From positions 11,968,001-12,032,000 of the forward strand of contig CM059433.1 of NCBI GenBank assembly GCA_030390025.1: a stretch of DNA of 64,000 nt, given 5' to 3'. The position numbers were made by a program, and so were the translations under genes. The notes under the pieces are model-generated. The model worked only from the letters and a program-made list of their open reading frames with translations, ran no database searches and was not told the origin of the DNA. This DNA comes from Squalus acanthias. Its lineage: Eukaryota. Positions 26,231-37,747 of this stretch are shown here, in pieces (position 1 is the first letter of the stretch; the number at the start of each line of letters is the position of its first letter).

Positions 26231-26885
26231 TAACATAATGAATATCTAAGTGAACAGCTTTGTGAAATCACAGGCCAATTACTCTTAAAATGGCTGCTTC
26301 CATTATAGAGTGGGGGATTGCCTTGCCTGAGATAAAAGGATGTATGGTTTGTCAGTCATTAGCCAAGCAGTTGACATAGACAGGAGGAAGTGAAGAAAGT
26401 ATTTTCAAGATGAAATAAGTGTCTGAGAACCATTACAAATTGTCCATAGAAACTGAACACCCTCTATCTCGGAGCACACATATGTCTCTGCTCTTGAAGA
26501 TTGTTGTCTGACGTTGCAAACAGCACTCCTAATTGGCTAGGTGCACTGTGACCAGGCATGGGAAGATTTCAAGATTTTTGGTGGGGGGGGGGGTAAGTGA
26601 CAGTTTTCATTTTTGTCTCATTGCGCTTCTGCGTAATGCCTTGGGACATTTTTCTACATTAAAGGCACTATATAAATGCAAGTTATTGTTGTTGGGACTC
26701 GTCCACTGAAATATTGTGAACCTTAATAATTCATTTTACAAAAACACGAAACTCCGTAATTTTGTGTATGTGACGCAATTGTACTTTCTAAGAGTTTTTT
26801 TTTTAAGATGAATTGCATGCATCAGATTCACAGTAAAAATCAATCAATAAAGCAAAGGAACAGCACCATTGACACTGAACACTTA

Positions 26886-27797
26886 GGGAGAGAAATTCAG
26901 TATCGCCCCATTTGGGGCGCAATTATCGGCCGGGCGCAAAGATTAGCGCCTGGCGCTAATTATCGCCTCCGACTGCAAACTTGACTTTTATCGCCTCCGA
27001 CTGCAAACTTGACTTTTATCGCCCCTGGAGGTGATTGGAGCGCTAAATCAGGCGCTACACATCTGTCTTAAGGCGCAAAGGCCAAGGAGCGAGGCGCTAA
27101 CTCAGAGCGCTGGCGAAGCTCATGTGATGTCAGTCAGCAATGGAACACAGACACAATGGCGCCGGCCAGTTCTTAAAGGGGAGGGTTGATCTTGCTCTCC
27201 ATCCACACCCTGCTCATTGCAGCCTTGAATCTCGGCCTGGAGAGATCTCTACATCAAATCTGCTGGAAAGAACAATGGAGAGGCCCAGGGAAAGAGCTCA
27301 GAGTGCAGCCCCCACAGTCTCTTCTAAATCGATACAAGGGCAAATCAAAATGAACCTACAAAGTGCTGCTCAGTACCCAAAACTCCTTCACACAGCGTTG
27401 AATCTCTCCAGAAGCCTCTCTCTCTCTCAGAATGCGTGGTTCAAAAATGTCACCAACAAAAAAAGGCAGGAAGCGGTCGCCTTTAAATAGCGCTCCCCCA
27501 GTCCCTTCCTGACTGCAAAACGCTCCCCTCAACCTGTCGTTGCTAGCGGCAGGCAGTAAGGCAGGGGCGCCACTCAATATCCGCTCCGGGGCGCTACCGG
27601 GGCGTTGCGCACTCGACTGATATGACAATCTGCCGGCGCAGGAGATCGTGGCGGTAGTGTTTAGCGCCGCCGCAAAATGTCTAGTTAATTTTGCAAGCGC
27701 CGCAAACATTGCCGCGCCCGGACGCTAGTTGCTTTGCGCCCCATTAGTGCCCTCTTAAGGTGCTAACGGGAGGCGCAACCAATTGAATTTTTCCCCC
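26886..27797. mobile_element. MITE, same family as 3301-4215, opposite orientation
   Basis: Colinear reverse complement; TTA on both flanks suggests PIF/Harbinger (inference). Confidence 0.8.
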
Positions 27798-27823
27798 TTA
27801 ATGTGCTACTTCTTAAAGTCATT

Positions 27824-28589
27824 GGCCCAGAAATTGGACCTTGATGGTTGCCGCGGGGGTAAGGATCCCCCGCGATATCGCACTCCGCGCCTACCTTTAT
27901 GGTTTTGGCCCACACGAACTTCAGTTCCTGGGCCTCTCCCTGGTGCTGGCGCGCAGTGTGTGCGTGTCCCAGAGGCGCAGTTAGTTCGATGCTACCTCTG
28001 GGATCACGTGGGCCAGTTAGAGCCAATGGCAGCACACCATCTTTCATTCATAGTTTTGACAGGAAGAGCTGTCAAAACTATGAATACAACAAGCCCCCAA
28101 AAGAACAGCTAAACCTCAATTAAATTTTTTTAAAAAGCCATCACATTAATAAAATAACTATAGTTAAATAAATTAACCACTTTAAACAAAAATTTAAATT
28201 TTTGAAAAAATTTAAATTCTTTTTAAAAGTTATAAAAATAAACTTACCTTTCTTTAAAGTCTCTAAAAAAGATAAACCTGTTGAAATTTTTTTTAAATAA
28301 TACTTAATTAACTACTTACCTTGTTAAAAGGGGGTCTTACGCCTGCTTTCTTTATGTGTAAAATCTTCAACACTTACCTGCGCGTTCAAACCTGAAAAAA
28401 AAACTAAGTGCACTGCGTGCGCACAACCTGTAGCGCGCACGCGGTTCACTTAGGAACCGCCCCCTTCGCAATACCCGAAGTGCCGGTTTCCCGCGCATGC
28501 GCAGTGCATGCAGGAAACCGGCAATTCGGGACCTAATACGTGAGAGTACACAGTGCGTAATCTCCCGTATTAGGTCTAATTTTCGGGCC
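27824..28589. mobile_element. MITE, GGCCC(A)GAAATT TIR family, copy A
   Basis: TIRs GGCCCAGAAATT / AATTTTCGGGCC, ATT on both flanks; homologous to 36281-37059 and 38294-39044. Confidence 0.8.
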
Positions 28590-28650
28590 ATTATTTAATA
28601 ATAAATTCTCCCCCATCTGGCCTTGATAACCGTCCTGCCAAGAGGGTAGG

Positions 28651-29256
28651 TAAAAGTTGGAAATGTAACAGATTTTAAGCAGGTGCAGAGGCAGGGAAGG
28701 GGAGGGGAGGAACTGAAGGGACGGTCTGTGCTAGAATGCAAGGCAGGAGTGGTTAAATGTTGCAAATGGGGATGGCAGAATCATAAATAGCTGCCGCCTG
28801 AAAAAATGGGGGGGGGGGTTATAGTCTGAAATTGTTGAACTCAATGTTGAGTCCAGAAGACTGTAATGTGCCTAATCGAAAGATGAGGTGCTGTTCATTG
28901 AGCTTCATTGGAACAGTGTAAGAGGCCAAGGACAGAGAGGTCAGAGTGGGAGTGGAGCGGAGAATTAAAGTGACAGGCGACTGGGAGCTCGGGGTCACCC
29001 TTACGGACTGAACGGAGACGTTCCGCAAAGCGGTCGCCCAATCTGCATTTGGTCTCCCCAATGTAGAGGAGACCGCATCGTGAGCAGCGAATACACTATA
29101 CTAAATTGCAAAAAGTACCAGTTCTGAGGAAGGGTCCCAGACCTGAAACGTTAACTCTGTTTCTCTCTCCACGGATGCTGCCTGGCCTGCTGAGTGTTTC
29201 CAGCATTTTCTGTTGTTATTTCAGATTTCCAGCATCCACAGTATTTTGCTATTGTA
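28651..29256. mobile_element. Penelope-like element fragment with 5' inversion (GIY-YIG C-terminus on -, terminus with hammerhead on +)
   Basis: 16-bp TSD CTGCCAAGAGGGTAGG (28635-28650 and 29257-29272); KLNEQHLIFRLGTLQSSGLNIEF peptide. Confidence 0.85.
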
Positions 29257-30116
29257 CTGCCAAGAGGGTAGGCAGATTTCTTTTTTTCCTAACCTTTTCC
29301 AACACCCCCAATAGCTGGCTGCCACAGACTGCCAATGTGCAACTCTCCACCCCCTCCTACCTTTCTTTTCCCCACAAGAAAACACCACAAGCCTTTATTC
29401 AGTACATTAAGCCAGGCACTGAACAGACCAGGAATTGATCCAACACTCATCCATCATTCCACAGCTCTGAATCTTTGGAATTCTCTACCTCAGAGGGCTG
29501 CGGCTGCTCAGTTGTTGAGTATACTCAAGACGGAGCTCGGTAGGTTTTTGGACACCAAGGGATATGGGGATAGAGCGGGAAAGTGGAGGTGAGGTAGGTC
29601 AGTCATGATCTTTATTGAATAGCGGAGCAGGTTTGAGGAACCGTACGACCTAGTCCTGCTCCGATTTCTTATGTTCTTAGGAATATATATGCCAAGGATT
29701 CGGTTTTACCGTGTTTTTGCATTGGTGCAAAGTGGTTTTGGGTCTATATCAATGCATTTTTATATATCGCATTTCATGACCTCAGGATATCCCAAAGCTT
29801 TTCACAAGCAGTGAAGTACTTTTGTGCAGTCACTGTTGTAATGTAGGGGAAAACTGACACTTGAAGACAGGATCATACTTGCCTATTGACGGCCGCATGA
29901 TTGAATAACCTACCAATACTCTCACTCTGAGCTCACATATGAAGAGTGACCACTTGGTGAGGTATCGAAGGCCTTCAAAAGAGGAGGGAGGGGGGGGCGG
30001 GGGGGAAGAAAGGGAAACAAAAGAAAACATTTTACAAATAGATGCAAAAATAAGGGGAACATAGTATGATCATAATCCACTACAAATCAATTGTCCCTAG
30101 CCTTGAACAAATTAGG

Positions 30117-31139
30117 GGCCTGAAATTCGGCACCTTAGCGCTGGCTATTAAGGTTGGTTTTGTGGGGGAAAAATTGGCGTCCACCTCGCTTCTGCCCACT
30201 TCGCCATATTGGTGAGGGCAAAAAGGTGTTGTTTAGCTTTGTCTGAAGCAGGGGTTAGGCCATTATCACATTCAAATAAGGGGCCTAACGCAGGCTTCTG
30301 CTCCTTCTTGCAAATTTGGTTTGCATTTGAGGCAGCCAGTGATGGTTACTCCCAGGAAAACAAACGTTAACCAGCGCCGAATGAAAAACGGTAAGTACTT
30401 ACCATTACCATCTCACGACCTGACTCAATTAAGTGTCAGCCGTGGCTCAGTGGGTAGGACTCTCGCCTCGGAGGTCAGAAGGTTGTGGGTTCAAGTCCCA
30501 CTCCAGAGACTTGAGCACAAAAATCTAGGCTGACGCTCCAGCGCAGTGCTGCACTGTCGGAGGTGCCGTCTTTCGGATGAGACGTTAAACAGAGGCCATG
30601 TCTGCCCTCTCAGGTGGACGTGAAAGATCCTATGGCAACATTTTGAAGAGGAGCAGGTGAGTTATCCCTGGCGTCCTGGCCAATATTTATCCCTCAATCA
30701 ACATCACAAACAGATTAGCTGGTCATTTTCACATTGCCGTTTGTGGGAGCTTGCTGTGCGCAAATTGGCTGCCAGAGTGCTTACATTACAACAGTGACTA
30801 CACTTGAAAAAGTACTTCATTGGATGTAAAGTGCTTTTAGACATTCAGTGGTCATGAAAGGCGCTATATAAATGCAAGTCTCTCTTTTTATTTTCCCAAC
30901 TCTGACCTCCAGGCCGTCTCCGATCTCCCCCCTGATGCTGGCCCCGAGTCCCGACCTAACTCGGAGTCCTTGCTGGGCGTTCAGCACTGTGCTGAGCGCC
31001 ACAATAATGATAATACGCAGGCAGCACCAAGTTCCGGTCGGTCTTTTGACGGGCGCGAGCAACCCTCGCCCGCCCCCCCCCCCCCCCCACCCCGCACGGT
31101 GGCACCGCCCGTTTACGGGCCTTATCGGATTTCTAGGCC
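30117..31139. mobile_element. Probable MITE hosting a Deu-SINE
   Basis: Termini GGCCTGAAATTCG / CGGATTTCTAGGCC. Confidence 0.6.
30433..30888 (+). mobile_element. Deu-domain SINE nested in a MITE
   Basis: TGGCTCAGTGG A box, GGTTCAAGTCC B box, same core and tail as 113-577. Confidence 0.85.
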
Positions 31140-32080
31140 ACAGTTTCTTCTCAAACCAATGTAGTTATTAAAGATAAACTTCAAAAGGGCTGAATTATGA
31201 AACTCTTTGCTTTCTCGGTCCTTGTAGGCGTTGCCCAAAATATTCCTATTAGGGCGCTGGAACAAAGTGAATCACAGGATGGGAGAGAGATGTGGAAAGA
31301 GCAGTGGGTGTCGCACCAGAGCCTGACCCAGTCTTCGCCCAATGTCAAAGAGTCACCAGGTAGGAGTCACAAGTGAGAGCCCTGGCTGATATCAAGAACA
31401 CTTTCAGATTTTTCTCCAGAAAGAGGATCGGAAGAAAAAAAAATTGCTAGACAATACCAGGCATTATTTTCATTATGAACCCAAAATGCGCACAGAACCA
31501 AATCTCGCAAGATATACAAAAATTGAAAGAATTTCAGGGAATTGTTTATGGTGGCAAATCGACAAATTTCGATGAGAATTAGGAAACACTGATTTGGAAT
31601 AATTTTAAAATATGGGTATCCATTGTTAAAACTAAAAATGAAGTAGCTGTAAGGTAGGGAGATTCAGTTTACCCGACGAAAGCTAAAGGTTACAGGATAG
31701 TTTTTTCAATTGCATCTCTCCCGTGGGGCCATAGCTTCCTGCTATCAGCTTCAAACACAGGCAGGGGTTTTATGTGACAAAGCAGCCTCCCTGGCTGATC
31801 TCCTGCCAATCACAATACTTGCTTTGCTGCTCAACTCCAGCTTTATCCTCAGGAGACTTGAGTTACACAACTCCTCTCTCTCTCTCTCCCTCGAGATTAC
31901 ATGCGGCATTTCGTTCACTTATTCTTTTGCCGATGTGTGGCGACGAGTGGGGAAAACGATGAGGGGCAGTGAAGTGATCCGGCGTCCCAAAAATATTATG
32001 GTAGCCGTTGAAAATAGTGAAACCATTGCGCTCTCAGCCAGAAAATGGCGTTTCTGAAAATATAGAAAATAAACTCTCAA

Positions 32081-32340
32081 TTGGCTATGATAAATTGACC
32101 CTTAGTGTTAGGGGGGGCGGGTTTAAATATGTGGGGTTATGGGGATAGGATGGGATATGTTAGGGGGACTTAAATACGTGGGGTTACGGGGCTAGGGTGG
32201 GATATGTGTACTGTGGGGATTAAAGCAGGGACAGGGTACTGGATTTGAATGATCAGTCATGATCGTATTGAATGGTGGAGCAGGCTCGACGGGCCGAATG
32301 GCCTACTCCTGCTCCTAGATTCTATGTTTCTATGTTTCTA
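32081..32340 (+). mobile_element. V-SINE 3' half
   Basis: Matches ~4822-5077. Confidence 0.8.
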
Positions 32341-33339
32341 AAAGTCTGCGGAGGCAGTGTAAGTGGCACTGATCATGCGTTATTAAGAATGGCCACCTGA
32401 GGGCACACTTGCATGCAAGGAATGTCACTTAGTTCTACCCAAGAAGTCTCTTAAAGGGATCTACATACGAATAATTTTATTTCCCATTACAGTTGGATAG
32501 CTGGGCCCCTCCCCATGAGGTGTGTACTTTTCCCCCTCGGGACATGCGCCTGATTTCCACGCTACTTTTAGAAATACCTTTTCCAAAACATTTGCCAGTG
32601 TTTCCATATTAGAGAAAATCACCCCTGCAGCCTGCACCCAGTTTTCCCAGTCATTTTAATGAATTTGGCCGTTTTCAGTGTCCTTAGCATTTCACAAAGC
32701 TTAATATCGTAAGTCTTCACACAACGGGCCTAGCGTTTATATTGAAAAATCAGTGTGTTATTGTTACCCTAAATAATGTAGAGTCTCCCAAAATTAATTT
32801 ATGGTTTCTGGGGGAGTAAAAAATAGACCGATAGCCCATGGGTTTTTGCACACTTATCCACTCTTATTGGGGTTCAAAATCTGAATTCTATTATGCGTGG
32901 TTCTACCAAGGCCATCAGGAGTGTAAATTTTGCACTGATAAAAACTTATCTTTAGGATGTTGATCTTAAGGAACATTATTGTGTAAAGCAAAGAAAGGTG
33001 CACCCCTACAATCTAGGTACACAATACCATCAATGGATCATGGAAATGAAATGTTGTAACGTCCCCCCAAACGACCTAGGATTCTTAGTAAGACTCAACA
33101 CGCAAACCAAAGCAAAGCAGCAAGCAACAAAGCCAATAAAAGGTTGAACTATATCCTTAAAAAAAAGTAGAATACAAGTCAGACAAAGTCATGGTCAAAC
33201 TGTAGGGTCCTGGTCAGACCACACCTCGAGTACTGTATCTATGGGTGCAAAAAACTGAACGCCAAGGAAGAGGCGAGTGTAACTGCCTTCAACCTTAAGG
33301 CAGCATTCAAACAAGTAGCAAGCTTTAGCAAAATTGAGG

Positions 33340-34850
33340 TTAATGGGGGCGAAAGGAAAAATGCTCCAGTGGCTGGAGTCATGAAGGAAGGCGGATGTGG
33401 TTGCTGAAGGCCAATCATCATAGCCCCAGGACATTGCTGCAGGAATTCCTCAGGGAAGCGCACTTGACCCAACTATGTTCAGCTTCTTCAATGACTTTCC
33501 CTCTGTTACCAGGTCAGGAGTGGGGCTGTTCACAGTTGCAGTGTTCCGCTCCATTCACAGTTGCGGTGTTCCGCTCCATTCACAGTTGCGGTGTTCCGCT
33601 CCATTCACAGTTGCGGTGTTCCGCTCCATTCACAGTTGCGGTGTTCCGCTCCATTCACAGTTGCGGTGTTCCGCTCCATTCACAGTTGCGGTGTTCCGCT
33701 CCATTCACAGTTGCGGTGTTCCGCTCCATTCACAGTTGCGGTGTTCCGCTCCATTCACAGTTGCGGTGTTCCGCTCCATTCACAGTTGCGGTGTTCCGCT
33801 CCATTCACAGTTGCGGTGTTCCGCTCCATTCACAGTTGCGGTGTTCCGCTCCATTCACAGTTGCGGTGTTCCGCTCCATTCACAGTTGCGGTGTTCCGCT
33901 CCATTCACAGTTGCGGTGTTCAGCTCTCTCAGTTGCGGTGTTCCGCTCCATTCACAGTTGCGGTGTTCCGCTCCATTCACAGTTGCGGTGTTCAGCTCCA
34001 TTCACAGTTGCGATGTTCAGCTCCATTCACAGTTGCGGTGTTCAGCTCCATTCACAGTTCGTCAGGTAATGAAGCAACCCATACTAGCGTACAGCAGGAC
34101 CAGGACATCATCTAGGCTTGAGCTGACAAATAGCAGGTAACATTCACGCCACATAACAACCAAGTAATGACCATCTCAAACAAGAGAAAACCCAGTTATC
34201 TCCCTGACCTTCAATGGCACCACTATCACTAAGTCCCTCACCTTCGTGTAGGGTGGTCACACTTGACCAGAAGCTGAACTAGACCAGCCATATCAACACT
34301 GTGGCTATCAGAGCAGGAGAGAGTCTGGGTACTCTGCAATGAATGGCTCACCTCCCGATACCTCAAAGCCTCTCTACCATCCACAAGGCTCAAGTCAGGA
34401 ATGTGATGGAATACTCACACTCACATGAATAAAACCGATAAACTTCACAAAATCGGTGAAGTCACGGACAGCAAAAACACTCAAGAAACTCAACACTATC
34501 CAAGACAGAGCGGTTCAATTGATCGGCCCTCGTGCCACTAGATTCAATATCTATGCCCTCTCCCACCAGTACACTGTGGCTGCGGTATGTAAAAGATGCA
34601 CTGCAGCAACTTACCAAGGCTACTTCAACAGCACCACTCTCCCGTGCGATCTCATAGCAAAAAGGGACAAGAGCAGCAATGTCATGGAAACACCATTACC
34701 TTCAAATTTCCCACCTAACACCATTGTGGGAGTGCCATCACAAGGACTGCAATAATTCAACGAGAAGACCACCACCACCGTCTCCGTCTCACGGCAATTA
34801 AGAATAGCCAATAAATGTGGCCTTGCCAGCGTCACCCACAACCCGAGATC
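33340..34850 (+). mobile_element. Decayed LINE (same family as 13115-13840) containing a minisatellite
   Basis: LKKLNTIQDRAVQLIG peptide; tail CAATAAATGTGGCCTTGCCAGCG. Confidence 0.75.
33529..34058 (+). repeat. 25-bp minisatellite, ~21 copies (TTCACAGTTGCGGTGTTCCGCTCCA)
   Basis: Directly visible head-to-tail array with no unique spacers. Confidence 0.97.
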
Positions 34851-35277
34851 AAATTTTTTAAAACACCATGTTCAAGATGTATTAATTACATACTAGATTT
34901 TCTCATACATGAGATTGGAAAAATGGGCAGAGATCTTTTTTCATCCAATTAGTATTCCATCCAAATTTTTGAGTCAACTTTTAAATTGGTACTCAAGTGC
35001 CCACTCATTTGCAGCTAATATTAAATTTAGCCTTGATTTTGTTATTTAGAGCTTCAAGCAATTTCTCTCTATATATATATAAATACAGGGTTCAGTCGAT
35101 TACCCACCTATATAAAATGGGCATCCAGGGCTACTAGAGGGTATTCTTTATGAATATGAGCCCAAAAATATGGATTTGTAGCTACAGTTTGAATCAATTT
35201 CTGAACTTTTTTTTTTAAACTATTTCCTTGGTGAGGGGATTTTGTGTCAAATGTTCCAGCACAGCCTTTTATTGGTA

Positions 35278-35674
35278 AAAGAAAGACTTGCATTTATATA
35301 GCGCCTTTCACGACCACCGGACGTCTCAAAGCGCTTTACAGCCAATGAAGTACTTTTTGAAGCAGAGTCACTGTTGTAATGTGGGAAACGCGGCAGCCAA
35401 TTTGTGCACAGCAAGCTCCCACAAACAGCAATGTGATAATGACCAGTTAAACTGTTTTTGTCATGTTGATTGAGGGATAAATATTGGCCAGGACACCGGG
35501 GATAACTCCCCTGCTCTTCTTCGAAATATTGCCATGGGGTCTTTTACGTCCACCTGAGAGAGCAGATGGGGCCTCGGTTTAACGTCTCATCCGAAAGACA
35601 GCACCTCCGACAGTGCAGCACTCCCTCAGCACTGCACTGGAGTGTCAGCCTAGATTTATGTGCTCAAGTCCCTG
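35278..35674 (-). mobile_element. Deu-domain SINE, 5'-truncated
   Basis: Colinear with 113-577, lacks the tRNA head. Confidence 0.85.
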
Positions 35675-36280
35675 GTCGTTCCACAACAGAGGTCAGTGAC
35701 ACTGTCAAGTCTTCCTTTGCCTCCTTCTAAGCATGCTGCAATTCTGTCCAATGGGCAGGGTGCCCTGAAGAGGAAAGCAGGTCTACCTTCCTTGTTACCA
35801 CCTCATTCTGCACGTCTACTTTGCCAGCCATTAAACAGGGGATTAATCCGTTGCACCATTCCATCTTCCCTCCTCTACAAATATTGTCTCAGCTACTAGG
35901 TTTTGCTGCCAACAATTTTTATCCCATTATGGTTCTAGAGAGCTCCCAATACCAGACCCAATACTTGCCCACACTACGCAAACAGCCCAACTCCACAAAA
36001 ATCAGTTGAGATTAACACCAACCATTGCAAATGAATTGCTGCCTGGTTGTAAAATCTACTTCAATCTCCAGCTTCAATCAGTTGTATTTGTACAGTAAGG
36101 AATATGGATACTTTTCTGCCCCTTCAAGAGTCCTTCAGAATGCTTTGGAGCGTAGATGCAGCTTAGCAGAGTGAAGGGGTGGTACGCTGGTGCTTATGGT
36201 ACTGGCTCGGCAACTCAAGAGATCAGGAATTCAAATCCCACTACGCAAGTTGTGAAATTGAATTTGATGTAGAAAAAAAT

Positions 36281-37059
36281 CGGGGCAGAAATTCGGCTGT
36301 TGTCGGGTGAGTACGCATTGTGTACTCACCCGTGGATGGAACGAAAGTGCCGGTTTCTTGCATGCACTGCGTATGCGCGGGAAACCGGCACTTCCGTTCC
36401 CCTGAGGAAAGGGGTTCAGAGATCGAACGCGCACGCCGGAGGGCCAGCGCGTTCGCCTCGCACTTCGGATTTTTTTTATTTTTTTTTATACAGGTTCCTC
36501 CGTGAAGGTAAGCACGGAGAAGATACACTTCTAAAAAGGATGCGCAAGGCCTTCTTTTAACAAGGTAAGTGTTGATTTTATTAAAATTTAAACATTTTTT
36601 TCCCCACAGATTTATCATTTTTAATTACTTTAAAGAAAGGTAAGTTTAGTTTTAGCCCCGTTAAAAAATGTAATTAATTTTTTCAAAAATTTAAATTTTT
36701 GTTTAAAATAGTTAATGTAATTTATAGTTATTTTAAAAATGTGATGTTTTTTTAAAAAAAAATATTTGTAGTTTTAGAGAGGTTTTGGGGCCGATCTGTA
36801 TTCATAGATTTGACAGGTCCTGTCAAATCTATGAATGAAAGATGGTCTGCTGCCATTGGCTCTCCATGGCCCACGTGAACCCAGGGGACACATCGCACTA
36901 ACTACGCCCCTGGGATATACAAGCCCTGCGCGCCGGCAGTTGGGGGAGGCCCAGGAGCCGAAGTCCCCGTGGGCCCAGAGGTCAATGGCAGGCGCGGTAG
37001 GTAGGTGCGTGCGGGATCCTTGCACCCGCGGGAAGCCAGGGAGCTGAATTTCTGGCCCG
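36281..37059. mobile_element. MITE, GGCCC(A)GAAATT TIR family, copy B
   Basis: CGGGGCAGAAATTC / GAATTTCTGGCCCG with AT flanks. Confidence 0.8.
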
Positions 37060-37747
37060 ATATTTGTCGGCTGGACATTGTTGTAAAAACCCTTCTGGGT
37101 TACTCATGTCCTTCAAGGATGATCTGCAACCCCTACATGTCACTCCAGTCCCACACTACATGAGTAACTAGGGATAGGCAATAAATACAGCCTCGTCAGT
37201 GTCACCCATATCCCAAGAACAAAATAAAAACCCTGAAGTGGCAAGGGTCAATATTTTCAAATATGTAATAAAGTCAATTTGAATCGACTATACGTGTCGA
37301 AGCATTCCTTCTCTACCAGCTGCCATTTCACGTTCCTCCTCTTTCCTAGTCTCCCCCCCCCCCACTTCTCCCAGATTGTCACATGCTAATTCCTATACCC
37401 AGCCTCAAGCATCAAGAAAACACCCAAGCCACACATATCAATTGAAGTGCCATGGGATGTTTTCTACATTAAAGGTGCTATATAAATGCAAATTGTTGCA
37501 GCCCAAGCACGTCTGAGCTTTTTGTCTTCATGGACCACTTTGCTGCATACCATTATGGAGCCCTGTAGGCTACATACAAAGTTGAGAATCACTATTCCCA
37601 TTAATTTGCATTTCAAGCTGCAGATATCAACAAAACCTGGCATTCTGGTTTAAGATTAGTCCATCAACTAAAGAACAGTGATAAGAACAGATCCTTTTCA
37701 AACCTTCAAGCTCACGTAATTCAAACAGATCATCATGTCATTGAATT

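Noticed and set aside
33395..34140. Long ORFs (184-224 aa) and CRISPR-like periodicity
   Set aside because: Pure 25-bp tandem repeat open in all three frames; no unique spacers, no cas genes, eukaryotic context.
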